64,000 nt of DNA, from IMG/VR virus record IMGVR_UViG_3300029286_000009, positions 1 through 64,000 of that record; one strand, given 5' to 3'. The notes under the pieces were generated by a model. The model was not told where the DNA came from. It did no database searches and worked only from the letters and a program-made list of their open reading frames with translations. A program made the translations under genes and the position numbers. Below, piece after piece: positions 46,903 through 56,719 of the stretch (its first letter is position 1; each line of letters starts with the position of its first letter).

Positions 46903-47903
46903 TGCAGTTAGGTGAGAAAAGAGGTATAGGCTATTTCCCCAGGATATTGATATTAGGCGACACCGGCTTCCTTGGAAGCCATCTACTCCCTGCACTACGG
47001 GAGCACTATAAGAATGCGGATATAGTATGCTCCCAGGGTACCAAATTTTTTGATTTGACACAACAAAATCACACAAAGACACTGTTTGCATCTATCGTAA
47101 ATAATCATGGTCCAATACATATTGTAATAAATTTGGCGGCATTAAGTGGTGGCATGTTTTCCAATATGGAGAAGCAAGCTACTTATTGGTATGTGAATAA
47201 TACTATTATTACTAATGTCATAGACCAGTGTGCTCTGCATAAGGTGCAGAAGTTAATCACACCAATTGGTGGGTGTAGTTATCCAAATGTAGCTTCTGGC
47301 GGGATTTTTAGGGAGCAAGACATTTGGTCGGGGTTTCCTAACAAGAACTCCTTTGGTTATTCTATGGCTAAGAAGCAGGCTATCGTGGCGGGCATGGCTT
47401 ACGAGGAGCAATTCGGGCTCAAATCTCATGTGCTCATTCCTACTAATCCGATTGGTCCGTGGGATAATTGTACGGATGAAGATGCACACGTGCCTATGGC
47501 TTTGATTAAACGATTTGTAGAGGCTAAGAATGAGGGATATTCTTCAGTTACTGTGCTAGGAAATGGAAAACCTGAACGAGATTTTCTGTACATCGGAGAC
47601 ATAGTTAAAGTGTTTCCAGCATTTATAAGCTATGGCGAGGGTGTTGGCCCAACTAATATTTCTAGTGGTGAGGCTACTACTATTGCTGAGCTAGCAGAAA
47701 CTATTGCACATGTAGTTGGGTTTACTGGAAAGATTCTCTATGATGCTAGTAAGCCTAATGGTCAGCAGAGGAAGATTTTGGACAACACAAGGCTGAGGTC
47801 ATTCTTGCAGGAGTGTGATATTGCGTGGGAACCTACACCACTAGAAGAATCAATAGGACTCACGGTGGATTGGTATGAGCAAAGAGTCGCGAAAAAGAAA
47901 TAA
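46902..47903 (+). CDS. fcl: GDP-L-fucose-synthase-like 4-keto-sugar epimerase/reductase
   Basis: G.TGFLG, LAA..GG...N, GCSYP, GY..AK, PTN..GP.DN, HV..ALI..F, G.G...RDFLY..D, D.SKP.GQ.RK. Confidence 0.82.
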   Translation: MQLGEKRGIGYFPRILILGDTGFLGSHLLPALREHYKNADIVCSQGTKFFDLTQQNHTKTLFASIVNNHGPIHIVINLAALSGGMFSNMEKQATYWYVNNTIITNVIDQCALHKVQKLITPIGGCSYPNVASGGIFREQDIWSGFPNKNSFGYSMAKKQAIVAGMAYEEQFGLKSHVLIPTNPIGPWDNCTDEDAHVPMALIKRFVEAKNEGYSSVTVLGNGKPERDFLYIGDIVKVFPAFISYGEGVGPTNISSGEATTIAELAETIAHVVGFTGKILYDASKPNGQQRKILDNTRLRSFLQECDIAWEPTPLEESIGLTVDWYEQRVAKKK

Positions 47904-50265
47904 GGTAACAACACCAGAGTTACCTAACTTTAAAGAAGCTTTCGCAGATAGTGCACAAAAACAGTTTGATGCATTTGTAAAGAGCGGGGAGTGTCTGGTT
48001 TTTCCAGTTACTCCCTGCCCTGTAGTTAGTATAGTGATTGTAACTTACAAACGCACAGCATTGGAATTTTTATGTTTACTTTCCATATTACGTTGGGCTT
48101 CTGGTGTTTGTTATGAGGTTATACTTTCCAACAATGGCAATACAGAAGATAACAAATATTTGATGGAGCATCTTAAGAACATTACGGTTCTAAGCCACGA
48201 AGAGAACTTGGGATTTGTGGAGGGAGTGAATAAGGGGGCAGCGGTGGCCAGAGGAGACTACCTTCTTTTACTTAATGATGATGCTCTGTTGTCATATCAA
48301 ACTCTTGAGAGTCTCCTAGAAGTTCTCCAAGGACAGCAGCAAGTTGGAGTCGTTGGGGCACAAATTCGGACGTTAGATAATCATATACAGGATGCGGGTG
48401 GAATTCTCTGGAACAATGGGGTGGCAGCTGAATACAGTAAAGGTAGGAATCCTGATATAGGTGATGTGAATTACCAAAGAGAAGTTGATTATGTATCGGG
48501 TGCATGTTTGATGACACGTACCAAGCTCTTCAAGGGCATGGGTGGGTTTGATGAAGTTTTTTCCCCTGGTTATTGCGAGGAGTCTGACTACTGTTGCAGG
48601 TTACGTAAAGCAGGATTTAAGATTATCTATCAGCCTAAAGCACACCTAATTCATTATGAATATGGGAGTAGTGATCCGGAATACGTGAATCGTTTAGTAG
48701 AGGTGCATACAGCTATGTTGGTGAATAAACACAAGGATTTGTTTGCAACACAAAGTTTTCATCCCACGACACCAGTGGCTTACGCCCGAACCACTACACG
48801 CTGCTGCGGGCGGGTATTAATAGTAGAAGACTTTGTTCCGCATTCTTACTATCGCTCCGAGATAGCTACTTTCATCAATAATTTACGAAGAAGAGGTTTC
48901 TTTGTTACTTATTACCCAAGATTTTCTGGGGTAGATGATTGGCAATCCGTATATGAACTTCTTGATGAAGATGTAGAAGTAATGTTGTTTGAATCTATTG
49001 ATGAGTTGCCACGGATGTTATCCGAACGCCCTCGCTTTTATGATTATTTTATATCATCCTCTTTCTCTTTTGATAGTTTACGAAGTAAGCATGCCGATCC
49101 CCTAATAGGGAAGAGGGTTATTGAGGGGAGACCATTAGATAACGAGCTCCTTAGCTATATGACTAATAAGAGGTTGTTGTGGATAGATTGGCACATACCT
49201 GAGCCGGATACCAATGCTGGTGATTATGCAGTTTACTCATATTGTAATGCTTTTAAGGATTTAGGATATAATATTTGTTATGTACCGAATGACCCGGCTT
49301 TTAGGAAACAGGACTCTTCTTACATAGAAAGATTTAGACAAGAGGAGTGGGAGATTTGGGATTTCCCATGGTCTTTTGAACAGACCATTGCGGATTTGGG
49401 GCATACGATAGACTTAGTTGTGGTTGCTCGTCCTCTAGCTATTAACTATATCGATAAAATAAGAGCATGGTCTCACGCACCGATCATTTATTATTGCCAT
49501 GACCTACACTATTTGCGGGAACAGCGTCGTGCACAACAAAATTTTGGTAAGATAGACATAGAGCAAATTGAGCAGTTACGGTTGCTAGAATATTCTATTA
49601 TTCAGAAGTGCGACTTAACTGTTACGGTAAGCCAGTTTGAAAAAGAAGAGCTATCGCGAGAATTACCACAGGCAGAAGTATCTGTATGGCCTTGGTTTGC
49701 TCCTCCTAAGGTTACAATGCGAAGCTATCCAACTTCACCTAAGTATATAGATTTTATCGGGGGCATGCAGCACACTCCCAACCAAGATGCTATTAAATGG
49801 TTTGTCTACGATATATTACCTAGGATAAGGAAAGTGTTACCTGATGTGCAGTTTAATATCATTGGGAGTGGGGTGCCAGAAGACATTCAGAAGCTACATC
49901 ATAAGGACAATATAAATGTACTTGGACATGTGAAAGAGCCCTCTCCTTTTTTCTTAGCTGATACAGTTCTAGTTGCCCCCATGCGCTTTGGGGCGGGACT
50001 TAAAGGTAAGATTGCCATGGCTATGCAACATGGGTTACCAGTAATTACAACTACGATTGGTGCAGAGGGCATGGGTCTGACAAACTTTAAGAACGTTAGG
50101 GTTGTTGACGACCCCCAACAGTTTGCTGAGGCTGTAATAGAGGTTATGCAGGAGCCGATGATTTGGGAAGAGTTATCTCGTAACTCTCTAGAGTATGCAA
50201 GGAAACATTGGTCTTTAGAATCGGTGCAAAATCAATTGGGGGTTGACATAAAATGTATAAGTTAA
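47875..50265 (+). CDS. Bifunctional glycosyltransferase (GT2 plus GT4-like domains)
   Basis: VSIVIVTY...ENLGF...N.GA...LLLLNDD...VSGACL...GGFDE.F.PGY.EESD; C-terminal FIGG..H.PN.DA..WF...APMRFGAGLKGKI..AM..GLPV.TT.IGAEG. Confidence 0.88.
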   Translation: MSKESRKRNKVTTPELPNFKEAFADSAQKQFDAFVKSGECLVFPVTPCPVVSIVIVTYKRTALEFLCLLSILRWASGVCYEVILSNNGNTEDNKYLMEHLKNITVLSHEENLGFVEGVNKGAAVARGDYLLLLNDDALLSYQTLESLLEVLQGQQQVGVVGAQIRTLDNHIQDAGGILWNNGVAAEYSKGRNPDIGDVNYQREVDYVSGACLMTRTKLFKGMGGFDEVFSPGYCEESDYCCRLRKAGFKIIYQPKAHLIHYEYGSSDPEYVNRLVEVHTAMLVNKHKDLFATQSFHPTTPVAYARTTTRCCGRVLIVEDFVPHSYYRSEIATFINNLRRRGFFVTYYPRFSGVDDWQSVYELLDEDVEVMLFESIDELPRMLSERPRFYDYFISSSFSFDSLRSKHADPLIGKRVIEGRPLDNELLSYMTNKRLLWIDWHIPEPDTNAGDYAVYSYCNAFKDLGYNICYVPNDPAFRKQDSSYIERFRQEEWEIWDFPWSFEQTIADLGHTIDLVVVARPLAINYIDKIRAWSHAPIIYYCHDLHYLREQRRAQQNFGKIDIEQIEQLRLLEYSIIQKCDLTVTVSQFEKEELSRELPQAEVSVWPWFAPPKVTMRSYPTSPKYIDFIGGMQHTPNQDAIKWFVYDILPRIRKVLPDVQFNIIGSGVPEDIQKLHHKDNINVLGHVKEPSPFFLADTVLVAPMRFGAGLKGKIAMAMQHGLPVITTTIGAEGMGLTNFKNVRVVDDPQQFAEAVIEVMQEPMIWEELSRNSLEYARKHWSLESVQNQLGVDIKCIS

Positions 50266-50837
50266 ACTGGAAAACAATTTTGAGGGCCTTGTCACCTGGG
50301 CAGCGTTCCGAAGACGTACCTTTTGATGAGCATGAGGCTTTGGAAGAGTGGGCAAAGCAGGCAGCAGATACATTTGGGGAAGGATCATTGGCACTGGAGA
50401 TAGGTGCTTATAAGGGGGCATCCACCGCGATTTTGGCACAGTTCTTTAAAGTTATTACTATAGATTTGTGGTATCCTTTAGAGAATTATGCGTATGAAAC
50501 AATGGGCGACAATTTCTCCGATTTTATGGATACCTACAAGAAGTTTGATCTCAGAGGCAGGGTGTTTCCATTGTTGGGTACCAGTGAAACTTTAACAGGT
50601 ATACTTCCTAAATTGTTTACTAAATTTTGTTTTGTTGACGGCGACCACAGTTACGAGGGCGCGAAGTCTGACTTGTATTTTTGTGATTATCATCTGGCAG
50701 ACCGGGGTTATTTAGTAGTGCATGATTATCCACGTGCGGGGACTGTTGAGCGTGCAGTAGACGAATTTGTGCAAGATAAGTCGTATGATAAGTGGGGCTG
50801 TGTGTCGGATGGTATAGTAGCTCTCAGAAAAAAATAA
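50253..50837 (+). CDS. Class I SAM methyltransferase (Methyltransf_24-like)
   Basis: LEIGAYKGAST, FVDGDHSYE....D, GYLVVHDY, V.RAVDEF. Confidence 0.85.
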   Translation: MYKLNWKTILRALSPGQRSEDVPFDEHEALEEWAKQAADTFGEGSLALEIGAYKGASTAILAQFFKVITIDLWYPLENYAYETMGDNFSDFMDTYKKFDLRGRVFPLLGTSETLTGILPKLFTKFCFVDGDHSYEGAKSDLYFCDYHLADRGYLVVHDYPRAGTVERAVDEFVQDKSYDKWGCVSDGIVALRKK

Positions 50838-50854
50838 TAACCTGGCGAACATTT

Positions 50855-50866
50855 GGGTACTATATT
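50855..50866 (+). promoter_or_regulatory. Putative phage promoter GGGTAC-TATATT
   Basis: Lies in the gap after the 50837 stop and before the GGAGGG RBS/ATG 50883. Upstream CGAACATTT resembles CGAGCATTT at the 21.27-kb copy. Confidence 0.55.
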
Positions 50867-50882
50867 TACAGTAGGAGGGTAT

Positions 50883-51077
50883 ATGCAACGCGAAAGTAAT
50901 GCACAAGTTAAACAGATGCAGGCGATGTTGGGGAAGTGTCTCAATGAAATATCTGAACTCAAACGCCGAGTTGGCACATTGGAGGACAAGGTATCTAAAA
51001 TGCCCAATACTGCATCAATCACTGCCAATCCAGTTGAAGGTATTTATGGTTCCATGGTGATAGGAGAACAAGGGTGA
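50883..51077 (+). CDS. Small coiled-coil protein
   Basis: GGAGGG RBS; heptads LNEISELKRRVGTLEDKV (track start 50853). Confidence 0.55.
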   Translation: MQRESNAQVKQMQAMLGKCLNEISELKRRVGTLEDKVSKMPNTASITANPVEGIYGSMVIGEQG

Positions 51078-51919
51078 TTGCTATTGTAGGTTATAAAGGC
51101 TTCATAGGCTCAACTTTATATCGTTATGCTCAAGAGCACATCACAGAAGAGGTGATAGGTGTTGATGTAGACAATTACAAACAGTGGGCAAAGGACTATC
51201 TTGGCTGGAGCACGCTAGTATGGGCGGCGGGGATGTCTTCAAAACCAAAGTGTAATGAGAACAAGGGCGAATGTTGGAAAGCGAACGTAGATGATTTAAG
51301 AGATGCTCTTAATGATTTTAATCCTCACAAAGTTGTGTATATCAGTTCCTATGATGTGTATGCTCCAGACTTGGAGCACCCCTCAGAGGAAGATACCGAC
51401 CCTTTTTCTGACGAGTATGTATCCAAACTTTCTTGGTATGGACGAACTAAGTTGGCGGGTGAACAGGTTGTAAAATTATGGGCAGAAGATTACCGTAAGA
51501 AATATCTCATAACTAGATGCAATGGGTTTACAGGAGCCGGTCTTAAAAAGAATGTAGTGTATGATTTGAAACAGCTTCCCCCCAAATTGTATGTAGCTTG
51601 GGATTCTAGATTTCAGTATCTACACACAGATCGATTTGCTCAAATTCTTCTAAATCTGTCTTCTACCTATAGTAATGAAGTGTTTAACGTGACAGCTATA
51701 GATTGTGTTACCCCCCTAGAAATACGTGATATGCTAGATGTGTTTGTTCCGGTGTGTACACCCCCTATCACTGAACTACCGAGGATAAACGCTGTCATGG
51801 ACACCATGAAGATGGGAATAGCACTAACCAAAATGGGTATGCAATTACCGTTATGCAAGGAGGCAATAAAAAATTGGAACCAATCTATTTTTCTAGAGGA
51901 TTTAGGTACCGTTGTGTAA
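51074..51919 (+). CDS. NAD-dependent epimerase/dehydratase/reductase (extended SDR)
   Basis: G.KGFIGS, YISS.DVY, YGRTK (YxxxK). Confidence 0.82.
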   Translation: MIAIVGYKGFIGSTLYRYAQEHITEEVIGVDVDNYKQWAKDYLGWSTLVWAAGMSSKPKCNENKGECWKANVDDLRDALNDFNPHKVVYISSYDVYAPDLEHPSEEDTDPFSDEYVSKLSWYGRTKLAGEQVVKLWAEDYRKKYLITRCNGFTGAGLKKNVVYDLKQLPPKLYVAWDSRFQYLHTDRFAQILLNLSSTYSNEVFNVTAIDCVTPLEIRDMLDVFVPVCTPPITELPRINAVMDTMKMGIALTKMGMQLPLCKEAIKNWNQSIFLEDLGTVV

Positions 51920-52182
51920 ATTGCGGAGTTGTGTGGGGTAATTCAGATTATCCGGAGGGGGATTATAGTGACGGATTGTGTAAGATTTGTTTTAGAGATA
52001 AAATCAGACCGCTTATTCATCGACGACAATTAAAGGAGGGTTTTACCCCGTGTTATGGTGACGGGCGCCAAGATTGTGACGAAGATAAATGTGAGTTTTA
52101 TATGAATTGTGTTGAAAAAAATATAAATGAATGGAAGCGATTGATAATTAGTGAGGATAACGGAAAAGAAATAGATGGATGA
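51853..52182 (+). CDS. Cys-rich metal-binding protein
   Basis: CVNC...GLCKIC plus RQLKEGFTPCYG...CDEDKC.F...C. Confidence 0.55.
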   Translation: MQGGNKKLEPIYFSRGFRYRCVNCGVVWGNSDYPEGDYSDGLCKICFRDKIRPLIHRRQLKEGFTPCYGDGRQDCDEDKCEFYMNCVEKNINEWKRLIISEDNGKEIDG

Positions 52183-52895
52183 TAATCGTCCCAGTGACCG
52201 GGGATAAATTGAGGAATGGAAAGGAAAAGGTATTCATGTTGGTTCTAAAATCAAAGAAGAGTAAGCCTGATTATAAATGGGAAACCTACTATGCAACGGC
52301 AGGTTTTATACGCATTGCCGGGTTGGATGAAGTTGGTATGTCTTCTATAGCAGGACCGTGCGTTGCGTCTGCTGTTATTCTTAGCCCAGATATGACTATA
52401 AAAGGGTTAGACGACTCCAAACGCCTCAGTCCTGAGCAACGAGAATACTTGTATGATATAATATTAAAAAACTGTGTGGACTATGGGGTTGGGATAGCGT
52501 CTGTTCAGACTATAGAGCAAAAAAATATTTATTGGGCCAGCCGGGATGCAATGATATCTGCAATTGAACAATTAGCCTCACCCCCGGATTTTTTGCTTAT
52601 TGATGGTGGGCAACCGCTAAAGTATAATATAACTCAAACGAGCATAATTAAAGGTGACACCAAGTGTGCCTCTATTGCAGCGGCTAGCATCGTGGCTAAA
52701 GTGACTAGAGACCGATTGATGTGCAGGCTACATGAACTGTATCCTAACTATGGTTGGTGCCAGAACAAAGGTTATCCGACTGATTTTCACAGAGAAGCTA
52801 TCACTAAATATGGTATTACCGAACACCACCGTAAAGGGTTTGCTGGTGTAATTAAGAAGGGAAAGTGGAAGACGCACCAAGGGTTAGGGGAGTAA
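52179..52895 (+). CDS. rnhB: Ribonuclease HII
   Basis: IAGLDEVG...AGP, LDDSK.L, LLIDG, IIKGD....SIAAASIVAKVTRD, NKGYPT..H, HR. Start may be the ATG at 52236. Confidence 0.92.
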   Translation: MIIVPVTGDKLRNGKEKVFMLVLKSKKSKPDYKWETYYATAGFIRIAGLDEVGMSSIAGPCVASAVILSPDMTIKGLDDSKRLSPEQREYLYDIILKNCVDYGVGIASVQTIEQKNIYWASRDAMISAIEQLASPPDFLLIDGGQPLKYNITQTSIIKGDTKCASIAAASIVAKVTRDRLMCRLHELYPNYGWCQNKGYPTDFHREAITKYGITEHHRKGFAGVIKKGKWKTHQGLGE

Positions 52896-52946
52896 CTATG
52901 GTAGAAGAAATACCACAAAACATTTTGGACCAAGGAGGTAGAAAGA

Positions 52947-53156
52947 ATGAACAACCGGCAGTACGAGCAAGAAAAGAAGAATAGAAAAGAGATGATTCTG
53001 GCTCTAAGCCTTATTTTTGGTGTTTGGTGGGGTATTCCTATTTTGCTTACTTTAATTGGTTATTTCTTTTATCCACCTCTTTTTGAGGTAGGTCCTATTT
53101 TATGGGGAGTTCTTACTGTGATTGGTGTGGGTATTGCGGCAAGCGGGGGTAGATAA
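52947..53156 (+). CDS. Small membrane protein (two TM helices)
   Basis: GGAGG RBS; two hydrophobic segments. Confidence 0.6.
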   Translation: MNNRQYEQEKKNRKEMILALSLIFGVWWGIPILLTLIGYFFYPPLFEVGPILWGVLTVIGVGIAASGGR

Positions 53157-53590
53157 TGGGAGAGTGGGTGGAGGCGTATATTGAGAGTAAAGATGCAGAG
53201 TGGGATCAAGGATTTCGCAGTGGAGATACGTCACCTTATTTTTCAAGCACAGACGATTACGAACGTCGAGACTGGCAAGATGATGATCTGCCAGATGATT
53301 TTATAACTCCGCGTAAAAATTCTTGCTGGGGTTGTAAAAACAATTGGTTCTTGTCAGGATATTGTAGACGAGATTTTTCGATAGCTTTGTTTGATTGGAG
53401 CTATACATGCAAGCATTTCGAAAAGGACGGTAGCTATGAATGGAGGATAGTTTGGAGTATGTTATACATGGCTTGGAGACACCACTTTAGTGGTAATGAT
53501 CTTGGGTTTAAGAGATGGATGAAAACTGAAGAGGGTAAGAAATATTATGCGGCTGGAAAGACTTTCCTAAAAGAAAAAGGGATACTGTAA
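53156..53590 (+). CDS. Hypothetical protein
   Basis: TAATG-coupled ORF; CWGC...C...C.HF motif. Confidence 0.55.
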   Translation: MGEWVEAYIESKDAEWDQGFRSGDTSPYFSSTDDYERRDWQDDDLPDDFITPRKNSCWGCKNNWFLSGYCRRDFSIALFDWSYTCKHFEKDGSYEWRIVWSMLYMAWRHHFSGNDLGFKRWMKTEEGKKYYAAGKTFLKEKGIL

Positions 53591-53943
53591 TGGAAGCGTA
53601 TATTAAGGGTAAAGACCGAAGAAGGACGGCAATATTGGAACTCAGCAAAAGAGTACAGAGAATCAAAAGGAGTAACAAAATGAAAATAATTGGAAAGACT
53701 AATTTAGGTAATATTACGGCAGGTACAGAGACCACTTACAAATTTATGGTTGTCAGTGACGATGGTAAACCCGTAGGTTCCCAAGTCAAGATTATACCCG
53801 TGGTAACAAAAGGAAAACTCAGTATCAATCCGCTCAAGATTGAAACAGACGAGCACAGTATAGGTGAATGTAAATTGTATCTTCCTATCGATGCCAGTGG
53901 TGTTTGTAGATTTGAGATGATTCCTGTTGGCATGGGGCTCTGA
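53590..53943 (+). CDS. Hypothetical protein (Ig-like beta sandwich)
   Basis: AG....KFMVV.DDGKPV...TDE..IG.C pattern resembles Big-1/Ig-like domains. Confidence 0.45.
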   Translation: MEAYIKGKDRRRTAILELSKRVQRIKRSNKMKIIGKTNLGNITAGTETTYKFMVVSDDGKPVGSQVKIIPVVTKGKLSINPLKIETDEHSIGECKLYLPIDASGVCRFEMIPVGMGL

Positions 53944-54037
53944 TAGGCGACGATAGACTTATGGGGGATAGAACAAGATATAGCTGTTGGAAAGGTATAG
54001 ATTATGAGGTTCCAGAGAGTTGGTGGGGAGGATGTTA

Positions 54038-54781
54038 ATGGATGCAATAATCATTGCAGGAGGAACTGGGAGTCGTGTTAGAAGCATCACAAAAGATGAA
54101 TATCCAAAAATACTAATTCCTGTTAATGGCAAAGCTTTTATTGAGTATCTTTTGGAAACGTTGTATTCTATGGGTGTAAGACACATAACTTTTGCGGCGG
54201 GGTTTAAATGGGATGTGCTCGCAGGCTATATGAAACGAAGGGATGACATTAACACCAGATACTTAGATTGGACACTTTGTTACGAGTGGGAGCCCAAAGA
54301 CACTGGAGGAGCTATCTTAAATGTGCTTTCATCCAGAAGTGCTCGTCCACATAGTGATCCATTTTTGGTGTTGAACGGAGACACTCTAATATTTCCTGAG
54401 AAGGGCGTTGATTGTTACGAAGAGTTATATTATACAGAACCACAATGGGGCAAACCCGCGTGTGCTATGTTTACATGCCATACCCACCACAATGGGCAGT
54501 ATGATACGCTACTGATTGATTACGAAGATTGGGTAACAAAGATAGAACCAGGTAGAAGAGAGACACTTACTAGTTCTTTTGTAAGTTGCGGTTGGTATTT
54601 TCTCCGCCAGGAATTTTTTAAGAACTACCCCAAAGTAGAAAAACTATCCTTTGAGAAAGATATGCTTCCTGCTTATTTGGAAGAGGCACAAGTAATTAAG
54701 CCTATAATTATAGACGAAAAACAATTCATAGAAATTGGGACACCAGAAGCACTTGTTGCTGCCCAGAAAAGATTATCTTAG
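54038..54781 (+). CDS. hddC: Heptose-1-phosphate guanylyltransferase-like nucleotidyltransferase
   Basis: AIIIAGG.GSR......PK.L.PVNGK.F.EY, E....TGGAI, VLNGDT, SFEKD, FIEIGTPE; adjacent to hddA and gmhA (track start 54020). Confidence 0.78.
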   Translation: MDAIIIAGGTGSRVRSITKDEYPKILIPVNGKAFIEYLLETLYSMGVRHITFAAGFKWDVLAGYMKRRDDINTRYLDWTLCYEWEPKDTGGAILNVLSSRSARPHSDPFLVLNGDTLIFPEKGVDCYEELYYTEPQWGKPACAMFTCHTHHNGQYDTLLIDYEDWVTKIEPGRRETLTSSFVSCGWYFLRQEFFKNYPKVEKLSFEKDMLPAYLEEAQVIKPIIIDEKQFIEIGTPEALVAAQKRLS

Positions 54782-54811
54782 AAATTTAAAGTATATTGAT
54801 AGGAGTCCGAT

Positions 54812-55804
54812 ATGATTATAGTTTCTTCCCCTACACGTGTGAGTCTTGGCTCCTCAGATCATAGTCCTTTTTCTGAGCGGTTTAATGGGGTTGCATTATC
54901 TATCTGCATAAACAAACGTGTTTATGTTATTCTGCGGAACCGTAGTGGTCTGGAAGAAACTAAATTTAGAGTTTCCTATTCTAAGACGGAGTTGTGCAAC
55001 ACTATTGATGAGATACAGTTGAGTATAGCACGGGCGGCATTAAGTAAAACGGATTTCACGGATCCCCTGGAAATCATTTACGCATCGGACGTACCTGCCC
55101 AAACTGGCTTAGGCACTAGTAGTGCTTTTGCCTTAGCTTTGCTTAAAGGGTTACTCATTTATAAAAATGTAGGTATATCTAACGAGATATTGTCTGAGTG
55201 GGCTTACACGTTAGAGCGAATAGATTTAAATGAAAAGGGCGGGTGGCAAGACCAATATAGTTTAGCTTTAGGGGGGATCAACTACCTGACGGGTAAACCA
55301 TTTAATGTGAAACGAGAGCCAGTTATGCTTAGTCCTGATAAGGCTAAGCTACTTGAAGATCACTTGTTGTTAATATATACTGGTAAACAAGGTAGTTCGC
55401 ATAAAATGATTGCAGACCAATTAGCGAGGTTAGAAGTAAATAAGACGCTTGAGGAGACACTTCAAATAAAGAAAATAGTTGAAGAGATGCACAAATTGCT
55501 TATTAGTCCTGACTTCCACCCCACCCATTTAGTCTATCCTATGCGAGAAACGTGGGACTTGAAGAAACGGTTATCCAGTGGAATGACAAACGAAGCGGTG
55601 GACGACTTAGAGCGAAGAGTGATGGATGTAAATTCCAAGGCGGCAGTGCGATTAGTCGGTGGTGGTGGGGGGCGAGGAACGTTGTTAGTATTGACCGCCC
55701 CGGAATGTAAGGAAGAGATATGCAGAGCGGTTAAGCCGCTACAGTGTGTAGATGTTCGTATAGACTGGGAAGGTGTAAGGGCAAGGAGGATTTTTAGTGA
55801 TTAA
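54812..55804 (+). CDS. hddA: D-glycero-alpha-D-manno-heptose-7-phosphate kinase (GHMP family)
   Basis: P.RVSLG..D, SYSKTE, DVPA.TGLGTSSAF, ER......GG.QDQY..A.GG.N, YTG, W.LK. Confidence 0.82.
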   Translation: MIIVSSPTRVSLGSSDHSPFSERFNGVALSICINKRVYVILRNRSGLEETKFRVSYSKTELCNTIDEIQLSIARAALSKTDFTDPLEIIYASDVPAQTGLGTSSAFALALLKGLLIYKNVGISNEILSEWAYTLERIDLNEKGGWQDQYSLALGGINYLTGKPFNVKREPVMLSPDKAKLLEDHLLLIYTGKQGSSHKMIADQLARLEVNKTLEETLQIKKIVEEMHKLLISPDFHPTHLVYPMRETWDLKKRLSSGMTNEAVDDLERRVMDVNSKAAVRLVGGGGGRGTLLVLTAPECKEEICRAVKPLQCVDVRIDWEGVRARRIFSD

Positions 55805-56366
55805 GGAATCGTTACGTTATACCATAGATGCACTGAGGTTAGTTATTCAAGACGAAGTTCTACTTAGAAAGATTAAATTACTTACAGACAAAATCGTGTC
55901 TACTTATAAAAATGGTGGGACAGTTTTTACTTGTGGTGTAGGGGGGAGCTTATCAGATCATCTCAACGCTGAACTCATGAACCGCTTCTCTTTACACAGA
56001 GAATTCCCTATGAATGCCATAGAGTTATCAGGCAACACCGCTTTGATAACAGCTATTAGTAATGACTACGGGTTTGAATATATATTTTCTAAACAGATAG
56101 GAGCTCTAGGACGACCAGGAGATTTGCTCATTGGTATCTCCACATCGGGTAGAACGGAAGCAGTTTTGCGGGCGGTAGTTAAAGGGAATATACTGGGTAT
56201 GAATACAGTTTTGGTTACTGGGGCAGCTGGACCTCTGGTTGAATCTACCATTCATCTGCAGCTACCTGCTTGGGAAACTGGGCGTATTCAAGAACTGTGG
56301 CTCAGTATCTTACATGCAATTTGTAGGGAGATCGATCAGTATAACTTGAAGGAAAATGTTTTGTGA
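55797..56366 (+). CDS. gmhA: Sedoheptulose-7-phosphate isomerase
   Basis: CG.GGS..DH..AEL..RF, TAISNDYGFE.IFS.Q..ALG..GD.LIGISTSG, T.RIQE...ILH.IC. Confidence 0.88.
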   Translation: MIKESLRYTIDALRLVIQDEVLLRKIKLLTDKIVSTYKNGGTVFTCGVGGSLSDHLNAELMNRFSLHREFPMNAIELSGNTALITAISNDYGFEYIFSKQIGALGRPGDLLIGISTSGRTEAVLRAVVKGNILGMNTVLVTGAAGPLVESTIHLQLPAWETGRIQELWLSILHAICREIDQYNLKENVL

Positions 56367-56719
56367 AAGTGTACAGTTATCAAAATAATGTGGTAAGAAC
56401 AGCACTCGGGGATGTAGAGTTTATCATCAAAGACATAAAAGGATATGATGAAAAATTATTGTGTGTGGGTATATGGTTGGTATATCCTGATTGCAAGTGC
56501 AGAAAAGATGCAGTAGTTTATGTAAACCGCGAGTGGTTCACACCAGAATTTATCTTTAGGCGTATTGGTTACGAAACTGCGGTCTTGCTAGCTCAGGGGT
56601 TTATAATAGACTGTGAAACGTGTCCTAAGTGCAAAAAGCTGAACAGAATAGCTAGAGACACAAAGTTACTGGGTATAAACCTAATTCGGTATTCAGATAT
56701 AAATCATTGGAGAAATTAA
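56363..56719 (+). CDS. Hypothetical protein
   Basis: 118-aa ORF overlapping both neighbours; Cys motifs. Confidence 0.5.
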   Translation: MKVYSYQNNVVRTALGDVEFIIKDIKGYDEKLLCVGIWLVYPDCKCRKDAVVYVNREWFTPEFIFRRIGYETAVLLAQGFIIDCETCPKCKKLNRIARDTKLLGINLIRYSDINHWRN

